DNA from: Minisyncoccota bacterium | Lineage (GTDB): Bacteria; Patescibacteriota; Minisyncoccia; Phycocordibacterales; JBAYGS01 | Direction of reading: 5' to 3' | DNA length: 64,000 nt | Assembly: GCA_041666545.1 (NCBI GenBank) | Contig: JBAYGS010000001.1 | Location: 153,942 to 217,941, forward strand | Shown here: positions 17,579 to 28,577 of the stretch, piece by piece | How the letters are laid out: each line of letters begins with the position of its first letter | Position numbering within the stretch: position 1 is the stretch's first letter | Notes under the pieces: model-generated | Databases searched by the model: none | The model's input: the letters and a program-made list of their open reading frames with translations, nothing else | What the model was told of the DNA's origin: nothing | Program-made: the position numbers and the translations under genes

Positions 17579-18823
17579 CTTGTAGGTTTTTAGAAAGCTA
17601 TTCTTAAATTCTTCGAAATTACCGTCGAGAATTGACTGACGGATTTTATCTACCAAATTAACCAAAAAATACAGGTTATGAATTGAAGCCAGTGGATGAA
17701 AAGTTAATTCGTGGGCACGGTGAAGAAAGGAGAGATACGCGACTGAATAATTTTTACAGGTATAACAGCCACAGCCTTTTTCAATCGGGCCCAGATCTTC
17801 CCGATACTGATTATTTTCAATGTGAATTCTCCCCTCTTTGGTATAAAGCGTGCCATTTCTTGCAGTGCGAGTTGGAGCCACGCAGTCAAAAGTGTCACAA
17901 CCATTTTCAATCGCCAAAAACATATCTTCCGGTTCGCCGATACCCAAAAGGTGTCGCGGTTTTTCTTCAGGCAAAATTTTGTTGACCAAACCAACTGAAA
18001 GACCGATATCGGTCTTATCAAATGAGCCACCGATGCCGAAACCGTCAAAATCCATCTTCCCTATTACTTCGGCGCTTTCTTTTCTTAAATCTTGAAATCT
18101 ACCACCTTGCACGATACCAAATAGGGCTTGTTTTCTGTTTCCCTCTCCAACTTTCAACTTTTCACTTTCAGCTTGCAACTCGCGATGCCTTTCCAGGCTT
18201 CGCGCTGCCCATCTATGCGTTCGTTCCATCGCCTCCTTTTGATATTTTTTGTCGGCTGTCGGCGAGGTGCATTCGTCAAAGGCAAAAATAATATCGGCGC
18301 CAAGATTGCGTTGGATCTCCATCGATTTTTCCGGCGTAAAAAAATGCTTACTGCCATCGCGGTAGGATTTAAACTCCACACCGTCCTCGGTAATTTTTGC
18401 GAGTGGCTCCTGGTCGGTACTACGAGCAAAATTTTTGGTCGAATCGGCCGCTTCAGTCTCGCCTTTTGAAAGTTTGGTGATTGTCGTACCGAAAGCCACA
18501 CCAAGCGAAAAAGCCTGGAATCCGCCGGAGTCGGTGAAGGTTGGGCCTTGCCAATTCATCATTTTAGGAAAACCCCCGGCCTTTTTCACCAACTCATCGC
18601 CCGGTTCCAAATATAAGTGGTAGGTATTCGCCAAAACCGCTTGCGCGCCCAAACCTTTGACCTGCTCAACCGTCAGTGATTTCACATTGGCTTTAGTGGC
18701 AACCACAATAAAAGCCGGCGTTTTGATTTCGCCGTGGGGAGTTTGGATTACACCCGCTCGTCCCAAACCATTCGCAAGTTTTTTCTCAATTTTAAAACCA
18801 AATTCCTTAGTCATGTCAATCAA
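17576..18823 (-). CDS. tgt: queuine tRNA-ribosyltransferase
   Basis: TIM-barrel Tgt motifs (FTDSGGFQ, DECT) and Zn site CGCYTCKNYSVAYLSFLHRAHE. Confidence 0.9.
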   Translation of the reverse strand: MIDMTKEFGFKIEKKLANGLGRAGVIQTPHGEIKTPAFIVVATKANVKSLTVEQVKGLGAQAVLANTYHLYLEPGDELVKKAGGFPKMMNWQGPTFTDSGGFQAFSLGVAFGTTITKLSKGETEAADSTKNFARSTDQEPLAKITEDGVEFKSYRDGSKHFFTPEKSMEIQRNLGADIIFAFDECTSPTADKKYQKEAMERTHRWAARSLERHRELQAESEKLKVGEGNRKQALFGIVQGGRFQDLRKESAEVIGKMDFDGFGIGGSFDKTDIGLSVGLVNKILPEEKPRHLLGIGEPEDMFLAIENGCDTFDCVAPTRTARNGTLYTKEGRIHIENNQYREDLGPIEKGCGCYTCKNYSVAYLSFLHRAHELTFHPLASIHNLYFLVNLVDKIRQSILDGNFEEFKNSFLKTYK

Positions 18824-18853
18824 AATTAACAGAGAAATTCAAGATAAGCAAAC

Positions 18854-18891
18854 GGCCCGCCGAATTTTGCGGAGCAAAAATTCGGCGGGCC
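18854..18891 (-). terminator. terminator after the FKBP gene
   Basis: ggcccgccgaatttt...aaaattcggcgggcc: a 15 bp stem. Confidence 0.6.
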
Positions 18892-18914
18892 CAATCTGCT
18901 TTCATCAAATTAGA

Positions 18915-19385
18915 TTACTTTACATCGAGCATTTCAACCTCGAAGACCAGAGTGGAATTGGCCGGAATTGGGCCAACTTGCTGGCTACCATAAGCCTCAC
19001 TCGGTGGCACGGTAATCACCCGCTTACCGCCAACTTTCATTCCAGCTAGACCCTTATCAAAACCCGGAATAACTTGTCCGGAGCCCAGTACGAAGCCGAA
19101 AGGCGCTTTTCCAAGATTCGTGTCAAAAACTTGGCCATCGGTAAATTTGCCGGTGTAGTTTACACTCACCGTCTTGCCGGCCACAGCTTCTACACCTGTG
19201 CCGATTAGCACATCGTCGACGACGATCGCCTCCGAGCCGGAGTCCTGAACGACCGGCGCGGCCGTTTGTGCTTTGTTGGTGAAATTGATTCCTGAGCCAA
19301 TAGGATTTTCGAATAAAACCAGTGCGAGGAGGATTACGATTGCAACAGCGACTGCAATCGCCTCTTTAGTCGAAAGTGATTTCAT
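18915..19385 (-). CDS. FKBP-type peptidyl-prolyl cis-trans isomerase, membrane-anchored
   Basis: N-terminal TM helix. FKBP core is VSVNYTGKFTDGQVFDTN...GFVLGSGQVIPGFDKGLAGMKVGGKRVITVPP. Confidence 0.85.
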   Translation of the reverse strand: MKSLSTKEAIAVAVAIVILLALVLFENPIGSGINFTNKAQTAAPVVQDSGSEAIVVDDVLIGTGVEAVAGKTVSVNYTGKFTDGQVFDTNLGKAPFGFVLGSGQVIPGFDKGLAGMKVGGKRVITVPPSEAYGSQQVGPIPANSTLVFEVEMLDVK

Positions 19386-19530
19386 AATAATTTAAACTAA
19401 ATTAAAACCGCGTTAATAGTTCCTCTATTATAGTACGAAAGCCAAGCTCAACAAAGCACTCTTCCACAGATTAATAGCTTGCCCCGACTCTTGCCCTAGC
19501 GTACAATTGCCCTAATTAAACTTAAAAAAT

Positions 19531-20256
19531 ATGCAAGACGATAAAGAGCGCAAGAATATTAATATCCCGGACTTCCAATTAAACCGAATCCCTCACACAA
19601 TCGATGACATTGTGGCCAGTCTCGGCCCCAAAGAACAGCACCGCCTATCAGTAATCCTACAGGAATTTGTCGATGGATTTTCTTTTATTCGTAAATACCC
19701 CAAGTCGGTCACCTTCTTCGGTTCAGCCCGCTTCCCGGAAGGCAATGTCCACTACGAAAAAGCTAAAAAGGTTGCTTCGGAAATTGTTAAGAAACTCGAC
19801 TATGCCATTATCACCGGCGGCGGTCCGGGAATCATGGAGGGCGCCAATCGTGGCGCCAAAGACGCCAACGGCAAATCGGTGGGGCTTTTGATCCAACTAC
19901 CCGAGGAGCAGGTTGCTAATCCTTATGTCAATGAATCCTTATCTTTTTATTATTTTTTCGTCCGAAAAGTCGTCCTGTCATTTTCCGCCGAAGCTTTTTT
20001 ATTTTTCCCAGGCGGATTCGGAACCTTTGACGAATTGTTTGAAATTTTAACCTTAATTCAAACACATAAAATCCCTTGGGCGCCGGTTATTCTCGTAGGC
20101 CAAGACTACTGGGCACCTATCGATAAAATGATCAAATCAGTCATGCTACATGAACATAAAACTATCGACGAACCGGATACCAGACTTTACACGATTACCG
20201 ACAGTGTGGATGAAATTTTGGAAATTATAAAGAGAGCTCCGTTAAGCCGAGTCTAG
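19531..20256 (+). CDS. LOG-family (TIGR00730-type) nucleotide-binding Rossmann protein
   Basis: Motifs GGGPGIMEGANRGA and PGGFGTFDELFE. Confidence 0.85.
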   Translation: MQDDKERKNINIPDFQLNRIPHTIDDIVASLGPKEQHRLSVILQEFVDGFSFIRKYPKSVTFFGSARFPEGNVHYEKAKKVASEIVKKLDYAIITGGGPGIMEGANRGAKDANGKSVGLLIQLPEEQVANPYVNESLSFYYFFVRKVVLSFSAEAFLFFPGGFGTFDELFEILTLIQTHKIPWAPVILVGQDYWAPIDKMIKSVMLHEHKTIDEPDTRLYTITDSVDEILEIIKRAPLSRV

Positions 20257-20265
20257 AACGCGGAA

Positions 20266-20307
20266 AACAAAACAGCCCCGCCTTGTCGCAAGGCGGGGCT
20301 GTTTTTC
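20266..20307. terminator. bidirectional terminator between the LOG and DoxX genes
   Basis: aaacagccccgccttgtcgcaaggcggggctgtttttc. Confidence 0.75.
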
Positions 20308-20308
20308 T

Positions 20309-20704
20309 TTAACGCCCAATAATTTTCTTAACCGTATAAATCCCCGGACCAACCGTGGCAATCGATAAAGCGCAGAGCAGAAGCACAAAGTCATACTCCC
20401 AACCGCCGACAAAGCCCTTGCCAAGCTTAAAGAGTATAATGGCAAAAAGCATATTGATGGCCAGAAGCACACCGGTCCAATAAGTCCAGACTCCCAGAAG
20501 CATCGTGATTCCTCCAACAAACTCGACCAGCGCCACTACATAAGCCCAAAAACCCGCGACACCAACCATCGATTCGAAAAAGCTAACAGTCCCGGACATG
20601 TCGGTAAGCTTGAGCCAACCATGAATTATGAAGACAACCGCCAAAGCCAACCGCACCAAGAATAAGCCGAGATCTTGATTTTTGTATTGATTTAATTTCC
20701 GCAT
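20309..20704 (-). CDS. DoxX-family membrane protein
   Basis: Four TM helices and a DoxX-like N-terminus (GLFLVRLALAVVFIIHGWLKL). Confidence 0.7.
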   Translation of the reverse strand: MRKLNQYKNQDLGLFLVRLALAVVFIIHGWLKLTDMSGTVSFFESMVGVAGFWAYVVALVEFVGGITMLLGVWTYWTGVLLAINMLFAIILFKLGKGFVGGWEYDFVLLLCALSIATVGPGIYTVKKIIGR

Positions 20705-20805
20705 TTAAAATTAAAATTAATGATAACCAACAAATTATACTAACTCCAACACTTTGCCACAACTGGCAAGCTGGAGCAGGCGGAGTTATAATTGAACCTC
20801 ATTAA

Positions 20806-22101
<1,296 letters not shown>

Positions 22102-22110
22102 AAGAAGAAT

Positions 22111-22139
22111 GCCCCGCGATCGGAATCGCGGGGCGTTTT
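22111..22139 (+). terminator. eno terminator
   Basis: gccccgcgatcggaatcgcggggcgtttt. Confidence 0.75.
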
Positions 22140-22145
22140 GTAAAT

Positions 22146-22178
22146 TAAAACCCCCCTCAACTTCCGTCGAGGGGGGTG
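22146..22178 (-). terminator. terminator of the minus gene 22196..22789
   Basis: aaaacccccctcaacttccgtcgaggggggtg. A T-run follows in minus sense. Confidence 0.7.
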
Positions 22179-22195
22179 AATCGGCGTCGTCAGCT

Positions 22196-22789
22196 TTAGC
22201 GAGTGGTGGCTGAACAGCGTTCTTTGCGTTCGTCCCACCAGTTCATTATGCAGCTGGCTAAACCGCAGAAAATGGCGACCGAAATGACGGTACCGATAAA
22301 AATTGCCACATCCACAAGTACCCCCACCAGTAAACCTCCGACCACAGCAACAGCCGTACTGCGTTTGTCGAAACTGACATCCCAGCTAACCTTGCCACCA
22401 CCGAGGTACTTGAAATTGCTGGTGGAGACCACAAGTGCTTCAGGAGCATAACTGCGACTAGCTTGCAGCATAACCGCCCCTTGGCAGTTCCTGTATACAG
22501 CCTCATACTCCGAGATATAGACCAGGTACTGCCCGTCAAGTTCCTTGAACTTTCCGAACTCGATCGTGTCTCTGCCAAAGCGGAACAGGCAACCGTTGGT
22601 AGAGGCTTTGTCCCATTCAGAATAATTCGTAAAGACCTTTGAATTTTCCGGAAGCCAGAAGTGGCCCTCAACTTTTCCTTTCTCCGCCAGGTGCTGACTT
22701 TTACTGATCAGCTTCCAGATGCAATAGGCCGGGCAAGCAATCGCAACGATCAAAGCAATAGTCAAACCGATATTTTTCAGAGTCTTCAC
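22196..22789 (-). CDS. hypothetical membrane protein (N- and C-terminal TM segments)
   Basis: No recognisable family. Adjacent to the IS30 element. Confidence 0.45.
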   Translation of the reverse strand: MKTLKNIGLTIALIVAIACPAYCIWKLISKSQHLAEKGKVEGHFWLPENSKVFTNYSEWDKASTNGCLFRFGRDTIEFGKFKELDGQYLVYISEYEAVYRNCQGAVMLQASRSYAPEALVVSTSNFKYLGGGKVSWDVSFDKRSTAVAVVGGLLVGVLVDVAIFIGTVISVAIFCGLASCIMNWWDERKERCSATTR

Positions 22790-22849
22790 TTGAGTTCCTT
22801 TCTTTTTTTGTTGTTTTTCCCCCAGATACCTTTGAAGTAGGACAGTTAG

Positions 22850-23880
22850 AATTAATGGACTAGCAATTAATCAACTGTCATATGAAATATCATCATTTGT
22901 CTTTTGAGGAGAGGTTTGCGATTGAGAAAATGTATCGCGCCGGTTCGGCTGTTCGTCAAATTGCCGAGTTTCTCGGTCGGAGCGCGAATACAATCAGCCG
23001 AGAAATACAGAAACACAGTGTTAATGGCATATATGATGCGACCAAAGCCAAACAGCGGGTTTCAATGAAAAGGTGACGAGCCAAGCGACAATGTTTGAAG
23101 GTGGCACTCTCAAGTTTCCTGTGTCTGTTTGTCGAAGAAAGACTGGAGAAGAAATGGTCACCCAAGCAAATCAGCGGGTACTTGAAAAGAGAGCTCGGAA
23201 TCAGTTGTTCTGCCAAGGCCATCTACAAATTTGCCGAGTCGAGAGGCCTGGAACACCTGCTCTTTTGGGGCTGGAACAATCACAAGGGCGGACGGAAACG
23301 GGGGCGGTGGAAAACCTTGAAAGACGGCCGGAAATATATCGATTCCCGCCCTGTCCGGAACGGACCGGGACACCTCGAGCTCGACTTCATTGTGTCAAAA
23401 GAAAGCTCGTGGGTACTTTTGGTCGCGGTGGACTTCGTGGCCAAGAAAACTTGGGTCAGGAAATTGCCCAACAGAAAACGCGACACGATTCGTGCCGCGC
23501 TTTCCGGTCTGTTCCACGGTGTTGCCTTGAGAAGTATCACCACGGACAATGACCTGGCTTTCACCTGCTGGAGAGAATTGGAAGCCCTCCTGCAGGTACC
23601 AATATATTTTACACACCCTTACCATTCTTGGGAAAAGGGCTTGGTTGAGAATACCAACCGTTGGATCAGATGTTTTGTGCCCAAAAGAAGAGACATCGGG
23701 TCAGTGACTGAGGAAGAGTTGCAGGAAATACAGTCCTTCCTAAACGACCGACCGAGAGAAATCATTGGTTTCCAGACACCTTCGGAGTATTATTACAAAC
23801 TTAACGAGTGTCCTACTTGAGGGGTAGCGGGAGGTTACTTGTTCTCCACTTATTATATCATACTTCGTAGCTAAATGTCA
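22850..23880 (+). mobile_element. IS30-family insertion sequence (boundaries approximate)
   Basis: Contains the IS30-type transposase gene. No clean terminal inverted repeats could be defined by eye. GC is locally higher. Confidence 0.5.
22882..23820 (+). pseudogene. IS30-family DDE transposase interrupted by an in-frame TGA at 23074..23076
   Basis: The N-terminal HTH (ORF 22882..23076) and the DDE catalytic core (ORF 23095..23820; LELDFIV, ITTDND, ENTNRWIR) are in the same frame, separated only by one TGA. TGA is a genuine stop elsewhere in this window. Confidence 0.7.
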
Positions 23881-23895
23881 AGCGGTCGCGGTAAA

Positions 23896-23931
23896 TTAAA
23901 AAACCGCCGAAGCTTACGCCTAGGCGGTTTG
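23896..23931 (-). terminator. terminator after the 23955..24398 gene
   Basis: aaaaaaccgccgaagcttacgcctaggcggttt. Confidence 0.5.
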
Positions 23932-23954
23932 AGAGAACAAATCCACAACCCCTT

Positions 23955-24398
23955 TTAATGAAGACCCTCACCCAGTTCCTGCACAAAATAGTCCGTGATC
24001 TTTACGCAAGGAGATTCAAACATCCCCGAACCTGGACCGTCCCACAACCAATGGGTCCAGTACGTAAACTGCGTATCCCGGGGCCGAACCGCGGTCGAAC
24101 ACGCCACAATCTCAACCCAGGTTCTCGGAGAAGGCGCATCCTCATCTCCGACATGTGGTCCAACGGAAACTGTGCGACCATGCCGACAAATCGCGGCTTC
24201 CAACTCAAACTCCTTCTGCCGCTCGGCCTCAATCTCTCTGTCATCACCCCAAATGCTGGACACTGTCCAAACGAGATCCATTTCCCGAGGGTCAAAAGCC
24301 TGACCGAGCCTGGGGATAATCGCACCCTCAAGACTGAGAAGCATCTTCAGCAACTCCGGCAAGATTGACCCGTGTCGGACTCTTAGAACAAGGTTCAT
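23955..24398 (-). CDS. hypothetical protein, GC-rich, next to the IS30 element
   Basis: 147-aa ORF with no recognised motif. Many overlapping antisense ORFs indicate locally elevated GC. Confidence 0.4.
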   Translation of the reverse strand: MNLVLRVRHGSILPELLKMLLSLEGAIIPRLGQAFDPREMDLVWTVSSIWGDDREIEAERQKEFELEAAICRHGRTVSVGPHVGDEDAPSPRTWVEIVACSTAVRPRDTQFTYWTHWLWDGPGSGMFESPCVKITDYFVQELGEGLH

Positions 24399-24529
24399 TT
24401 TTTTCTCCTACTTGTATGGGCTGTATTTGTTGAATACGGTCCAGGTTTTCTTTTATCCTTATATCACATATCCATACAAAATATCAAGCCCTAGAAACCG
24501 GCCTCAAAATAGGCTAAAATATAGGCTCT

Positions 24530-26038
24530 ATGAACAAATCTAAACAAGTTGCTTTAATCGTCCTCGACGGCTGGGGTTATCGAGAGGACCCAAAAGATAA
24601 TGCCATCGCGGCCTCTAAAAAGCCGTTCTTCGACTCCCTTTGGCGAGATTACCCACACTCCCTACTTAAGGCTTCTGGCAACGCCGTGGGCCTCCCGGAA
24701 GGTCAGATGGGCAACAGCGAAGTCGGACATACCACGATCGGCGCCGGAAAAATTTGCGATACCGAACTTGTACGAATCGGCAAGTCAATTGAATCTGGCG
24801 AGTTTGATAAAAATCCAGCCTTCACTTCCCTATTCGAGCATGTCAAAAAACATGACTCGGTCCTGCATGCTCAAGGTCTGGTTTCTTCCGGCGGGGTCCA
24901 CAGCCACCAAGAGCATCTTTATGCTTTCCTGCGTCTAGCCAAAAAAGTTGGAATTAAAAAAGTTGCTATTCATGTTTTCACTGACGGCCGAGATACTGCC
25001 CCGCAAAGTGGCGCCGGTTATTTGAAAGACCTGGAAAAAGTTGTTGCCGAAGTTGGCAACGCTTTTATCGCCTCAATCTCCGGACGATTTTATGCCATGG
25101 ACCGAGATCAAAACTGGGACCGTCTGAAAAAAGCCGAAGAGGCAATTTTTGAATGCAAGGGTAATGTTTGCAGCATCAAGCCCTCCGCTTACCTTGAATC
25201 ACTTTATAAACAAAATCTTAAAGACGAACTCTTAGAACCAATTGTCTGCTTGGACGAAAAAGGTCAGGGTTGCGCTATCAGCAAAAATGACGGCGTGCTT
25301 TTCTTCAACTTCCGAGCTGACCGTGCCCGAATGCTCACCGAGAAAATTTTGGAGCGCCAAAAAGCCGACAATTTGGCGGTGGTCACTTTTTGCGAATACG
25401 ACCCGGATTACAAATGCCTGGTCGCCTTCCCGCCAATCAAAATCGAAACGACCTTGGCCGCTGAAATTTCCAAAGCCGGACTCACTCAAGCCCACATCGC
25501 CGAGACAGAAAAATTCCCTCACGCCACTTACTTTTTAAATGGCGGACGAGAAGAACCCTACAAAAACGAAAAGCACATTATGCTGCCGAGTCGCAAGGAT
25601 ATTAAGACTCACGACCAGGCTCCGAAAATGCGGGCCGAAGGAATTGCCGATAAGGCCGTTGAGGAAATCAAGGCCGGCGATGATTTTATTTTCATCAACT
25701 TTGCCAACCCAGACATGGTCGGCCACACCGCGAATGTCCCGGCAATTGTCGAGGCTATCGAGGAGACTGATCGGCAACTCAAGCGAGTTATCGAAGCCCT
25801 CACGGCTGCAGGCGGAGTCGCTTTTATCACAGCTGACCACGGTAATGCCGAAATCAATGTTGACCAGCAGACTGGAATCCCTCACACCTCGCACACCACG
25901 AACCCGGTCCCGGCCATTTTGACTTCTCACGATTACAAATTGAAAGATGGCGGACTCGCCGATATTGCCCCAACAATTTTGCAACTTTTAAATCTCGGGG
26001 CGCCGAAGAGTATGCTTGGCCAGAGTCTGATTAGCTAG
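24530..26038 (+). CDS. gpmI: 2,3-bisphosphoglycerate-independent phosphoglycerate mutase
   Basis: Full-length iPGM (LIVLDGWG, metal-binding Ser/His/Asp motifs). Confidence 0.9.
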   Translation: MNKSKQVALIVLDGWGYREDPKDNAIAASKKPFFDSLWRDYPHSLLKASGNAVGLPEGQMGNSEVGHTTIGAGKICDTELVRIGKSIESGEFDKNPAFTSLFEHVKKHDSVLHAQGLVSSGGVHSHQEHLYAFLRLAKKVGIKKVAIHVFTDGRDTAPQSGAGYLKDLEKVVAEVGNAFIASISGRFYAMDRDQNWDRLKKAEEAIFECKGNVCSIKPSAYLESLYKQNLKDELLEPIVCLDEKGQGCAISKNDGVLFFNFRADRARMLTEKILERQKADNLAVVTFCEYDPDYKCLVAFPPIKIETTLAAEISKAGLTQAHIAETEKFPHATYFLNGGREEPYKNEKHIMLPSRKDIKTHDQAPKMRAEGIADKAVEEIKAGDDFIFINFANPDMVGHTANVPAIVEAIEETDRQLKRVIEALTAAGGVAFITADHGNAEINVDQQTGIPHTSHTTNPVPAILTSHDYKLKDGGLADIAPTILQLLNLGAPKSMLGQSLIS

Positions 26039-26044
26039 CTACTC

Positions 26045-26524
26045 CTAAAAAGCAAAAACCAGAAAAAGCGTTATAAAGGTGACAACAATCACCAGGTTTA
26101 TGATTATGCCCGCCAAAGTCCCGATAAGACTGCCCGTGGCCGCTTTTAGGGCCGATTTTGGCCCCCTACGACCATAAATCTCCCCTATTAGCACTCCCAG
26201 AAATAGGCCGGCCAAAGGCCCGAAAGGTAGCAAAAATGAGCCCACTAGGGCACCTATCAGGCCCCAAAGCATAGCCTGGCGGGAAGCTCCGCCATATCGC
26301 GCTCCTAAAAGTCCGGAAAATGAATCAACCAGAATTGAGATGAGCCAAAGCAAACCAAGAACACCCAACTCTTTGAAAGTTAAGGCCTTGAAGGAGCCGA
26401 GCGCGCTGAAAATTAAAGACACCAAAACCAGATAAGGCAGAGTCGGGGCAAAGGGAATAAAAACCAAACCCAAGGCTGGTAGCATCAAAACTGCAAAACC
26501 AATAATTAAAATTGTTTCAGTCAT
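26045..26524 (-). CDS. small multi-pass membrane protein (DUF456-like)
   Basis: Four or five hydrophobic helices. Gly-rich GLIGALVGSF / GLFLGVLIGE pattern. Confidence 0.5.
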   Translation of the reverse strand: MTETILIIGFAVLMLPALGLVFIPFAPTLPYLVLVSLIFSALGSFKALTFKELGVLGLLWLISILVDSFSGLLGARYGGASRQAMLWGLIGALVGSFLLPFGPLAGLFLGVLIGEIYGRRGPKSALKAATGSLIGTLAGIIINLVIVVTFITLFLVFAF

Positions 26525-27158
26525 TGTATTCTTCGGGAGTATTCTCGTCTAACCAACGATCGATTTTGTTATGAACAAAAATATAACTGGCCACACCCAA
26601 GATAAACATTACAAAAACGAAAATTCCATGTCGAACATTTTCAAATTTTGAAACCAGGACCAAAAATTGGCTATGGAAAATATAGCCGATGCCGGCATAA
26701 AGCAGAGTGTAAAGAACAATTGCGAAAAGATTGTAAATTTGAAATAGGTACGGTTTCATTTTCAGAGTACCGGCCATAATCGGGCCAACGAAACGGAAGA
26801 GAGGCAAAAACTTGGCCACGAAAACAAATTTCTTGAGGTGGGCGCGGACAAACTCCAGATTGCGGGTAATTTTTACCTTACCGGCATAGTAGCGAAGGGT
26901 CTTGATATGCTTATTGTTGCGCCTAGCCAAGCCGAACAAAATCGTATCGCTCAAAATCATTGCCACGACACAGACCAAGACTGCCGCGTAAAGGTTGAGT
27001 GAGCCGGTACTACTCACATAGCCCGCCGTAATTAGAACAATCTCCTCCGGGAAGAAAGTAATACCGCCCGAAAAAATCGCACTCAAAAAGATACCTAAGT
27101 AAGAAAGGTGTCCGGCGAAGGTTCCAATATCCGATAACTGTTCCGGCCCAAAACTCAT
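26517..27158 (-). CDS. DedA/VTT (SNARE-associated) family membrane protein
   Basis: DedA-type topology and motif (GGITFFPEE...AGYV; FLPLFRFVGPIMAG). Confidence 0.7.
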   Translation of the reverse strand: MSFGPEQLSDIGTFAGHLSYLGIFLSAIFSGGITFFPEEIVLITAGYVSSTGSLNLYAAVLVCVVAMILSDTILFGLARRNNKHIKTLRYYAGKVKITRNLEFVRAHLKKFVFVAKFLPLFRFVGPIMAGTLKMKPYLFQIYNLFAIVLYTLLYAGIGYIFHSQFLVLVSKFENVRHGIFVFVMFILGVASYIFVHNKIDRWLDENTPEEYND

Positions 27159-27164
27159 AGGCTA

Positions 27165-27285
27165 TTATGATAGCATCCCGTTAGAGATAGGTCATCCCGG
27201 ATGACCGTCACGTGGGGATAACCACTTTATTTTGAGAGAGTATGTAAAATTTGGAGCCGCAATAATGTACAGAACAAAAATATCT
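27165..27285 (+). repeat. MITE-like element, copy 1
   Basis: Perfect 15 bp terminal inverted repeats ATCCCGTTAGAGATA / TATCTCTAACGGGAT. Subterminal palindrome GGTCATCCcGGATGACC. Confidence 0.7.
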
Positions 27286-27323
27286 CTAACGGGATAGCAC
27301 ATTCGAACCCTACCCTGTCCGCA

Positions 27324-28508
27324 TCAGCTTAAATGCTCAATTCGCAGACCGACTAGACGAATCGGCTGACCGTATTTATTTTCTCTTTTGTCCAAAAACA
27401 TCAAAAGAGTCTTAACTGCCCACTTTTCGAGCGCCTCTTCAGAATCAGTTGGAACAGTGAAAGTTTTTGATCTGGTCTTAGTTGTAAAATCCGAAAAACG
27501 CACCGTAAGCACCGCGGTTTTAAAACTCTGAAAACCGCCGGTTTTTAATCTGACACAAATCTTCCTGGCCATTTCTTCGATTCTCGGCAATAACTGACCA
27601 AGCTCATTCGAATCCTCCGGCAAGGTCTCGTGCTGGCCGATCGATTTGGCCGCCTCGACAACTTCAATCGGCCGGAGGTCAATCCCCCTCAATCTTCCGA
27701 ACAGCTCGTGGCCAAATTTGCCGAAAATATCAATCATTTCCGCTAAAGATAGCTCTCTGGCCTTGGCAACACTTGAAATCCGTCTTTTTTTGAAGGCCAA
27801 ATCAGCTTTCGGCCCGATTCCTGGAATCGAACGCAGGGGCACTTGTTCGATAAACTTTCCCGCCTCGCCAGTTTCGACTACCGTCAAACCATCAGGTTTT
27901 TTAAAATCGGAGGCAATTTTGGCAATCAATTTGTTGGGGCCAAGGCCAATCGAGCAAGTCAGTTTTTCCTGTTTTTTAATTTCCAACTTAATCGCAGTGG
28001 CAATTTTTCGAGCTTTGGCGAAACTGCCGGCAAAACTTAAATCAAGATACATCTCGTCAATTCCGGCACTCTCAAGAATTGGCTCTCGACTATCAGCCCC
28101 ATTTTTAAGTAGGGTGGCCAAGGCTAAGGCACCAATCCTCTCCGAAGTAGTTTCGTAAGCGTGAAAGTTGGTCGAAAGAAAAATCACCTCCGGCTCACCG
28201 CGCTTTTTGGCCTCCTTGGCCAACTGCCAAGCGCGAGAAATTGGAATGGCCGAGCGAATCCCATATTTTCGGGCCAAATAATTGGCGGTTGAAACCACTC
28301 CCCGACCTCGACCACCGTTTGGATCCGAGCCAACCACAATTGGTCGACCAGAAAGATACGGTCGGTCTCTTTCTTCAACCGAAGCGAAAAAAGCATCCAT
28401 ATCAAGATGGGCGATGATTCTTTTCGGATTATTTTTTAGTTCCGGCAGGATTGGCTCGAAAAGAGTTTTCTGCTGGCGATTTTTTCTGACTCCTCGGCTT
28501 TTGACCAT
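27324..28508 (-). CDS. dinB: DNA polymerase IV (Y-family)
   Basis: IAHLDMDAFFASVEERDRPYLSGRPIVVG and the Y-family palm/fingers motifs. Confidence 0.9.
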   Translation of the reverse strand: MVKSRGVRKNRQQKTLFEPILPELKNNPKRIIAHLDMDAFFASVEERDRPYLSGRPIVVGSDPNGGRGRGVVSTANYLARKYGIRSAIPISRAWQLAKEAKKRGEPEVIFLSTNFHAYETTSERIGALALATLLKNGADSREPILESAGIDEMYLDLSFAGSFAKARKIATAIKLEIKKQEKLTCSIGLGPNKLIAKIASDFKKPDGLTVVETGEAGKFIEQVPLRSIPGIGPKADLAFKKRRISSVAKARELSLAEMIDIFGKFGHELFGRLRGIDLRPIEVVEAAKSIGQHETLPEDSNELGQLLPRIEEMARKICVRLKTGGFQSFKTAVLTVRFSDFTTKTRSKTFTVPTDSEEALEKWAVKTLLMFLDKRENKYGQPIRLVGLRIEHLS

Positions 28509-28577
28509 ACTGTCATTTTACACCAATCAGATTATCGCAGTGAATACAAAAAACCGGCGCCCGCCGGTTTTTGGTGA

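Noticed and set aside
23074-23076. TGA recoding (genetic code 25 or selenocysteine) to explain the in-frame TGA in the IS30 transposase
   Set aside because: Other genes here clearly terminate at TGA (dnaB stops at TGA overlapping the recR ATG, with a normal-length DnaB). No SECIS-like context was noted. A pseudogene is more parsimonious.
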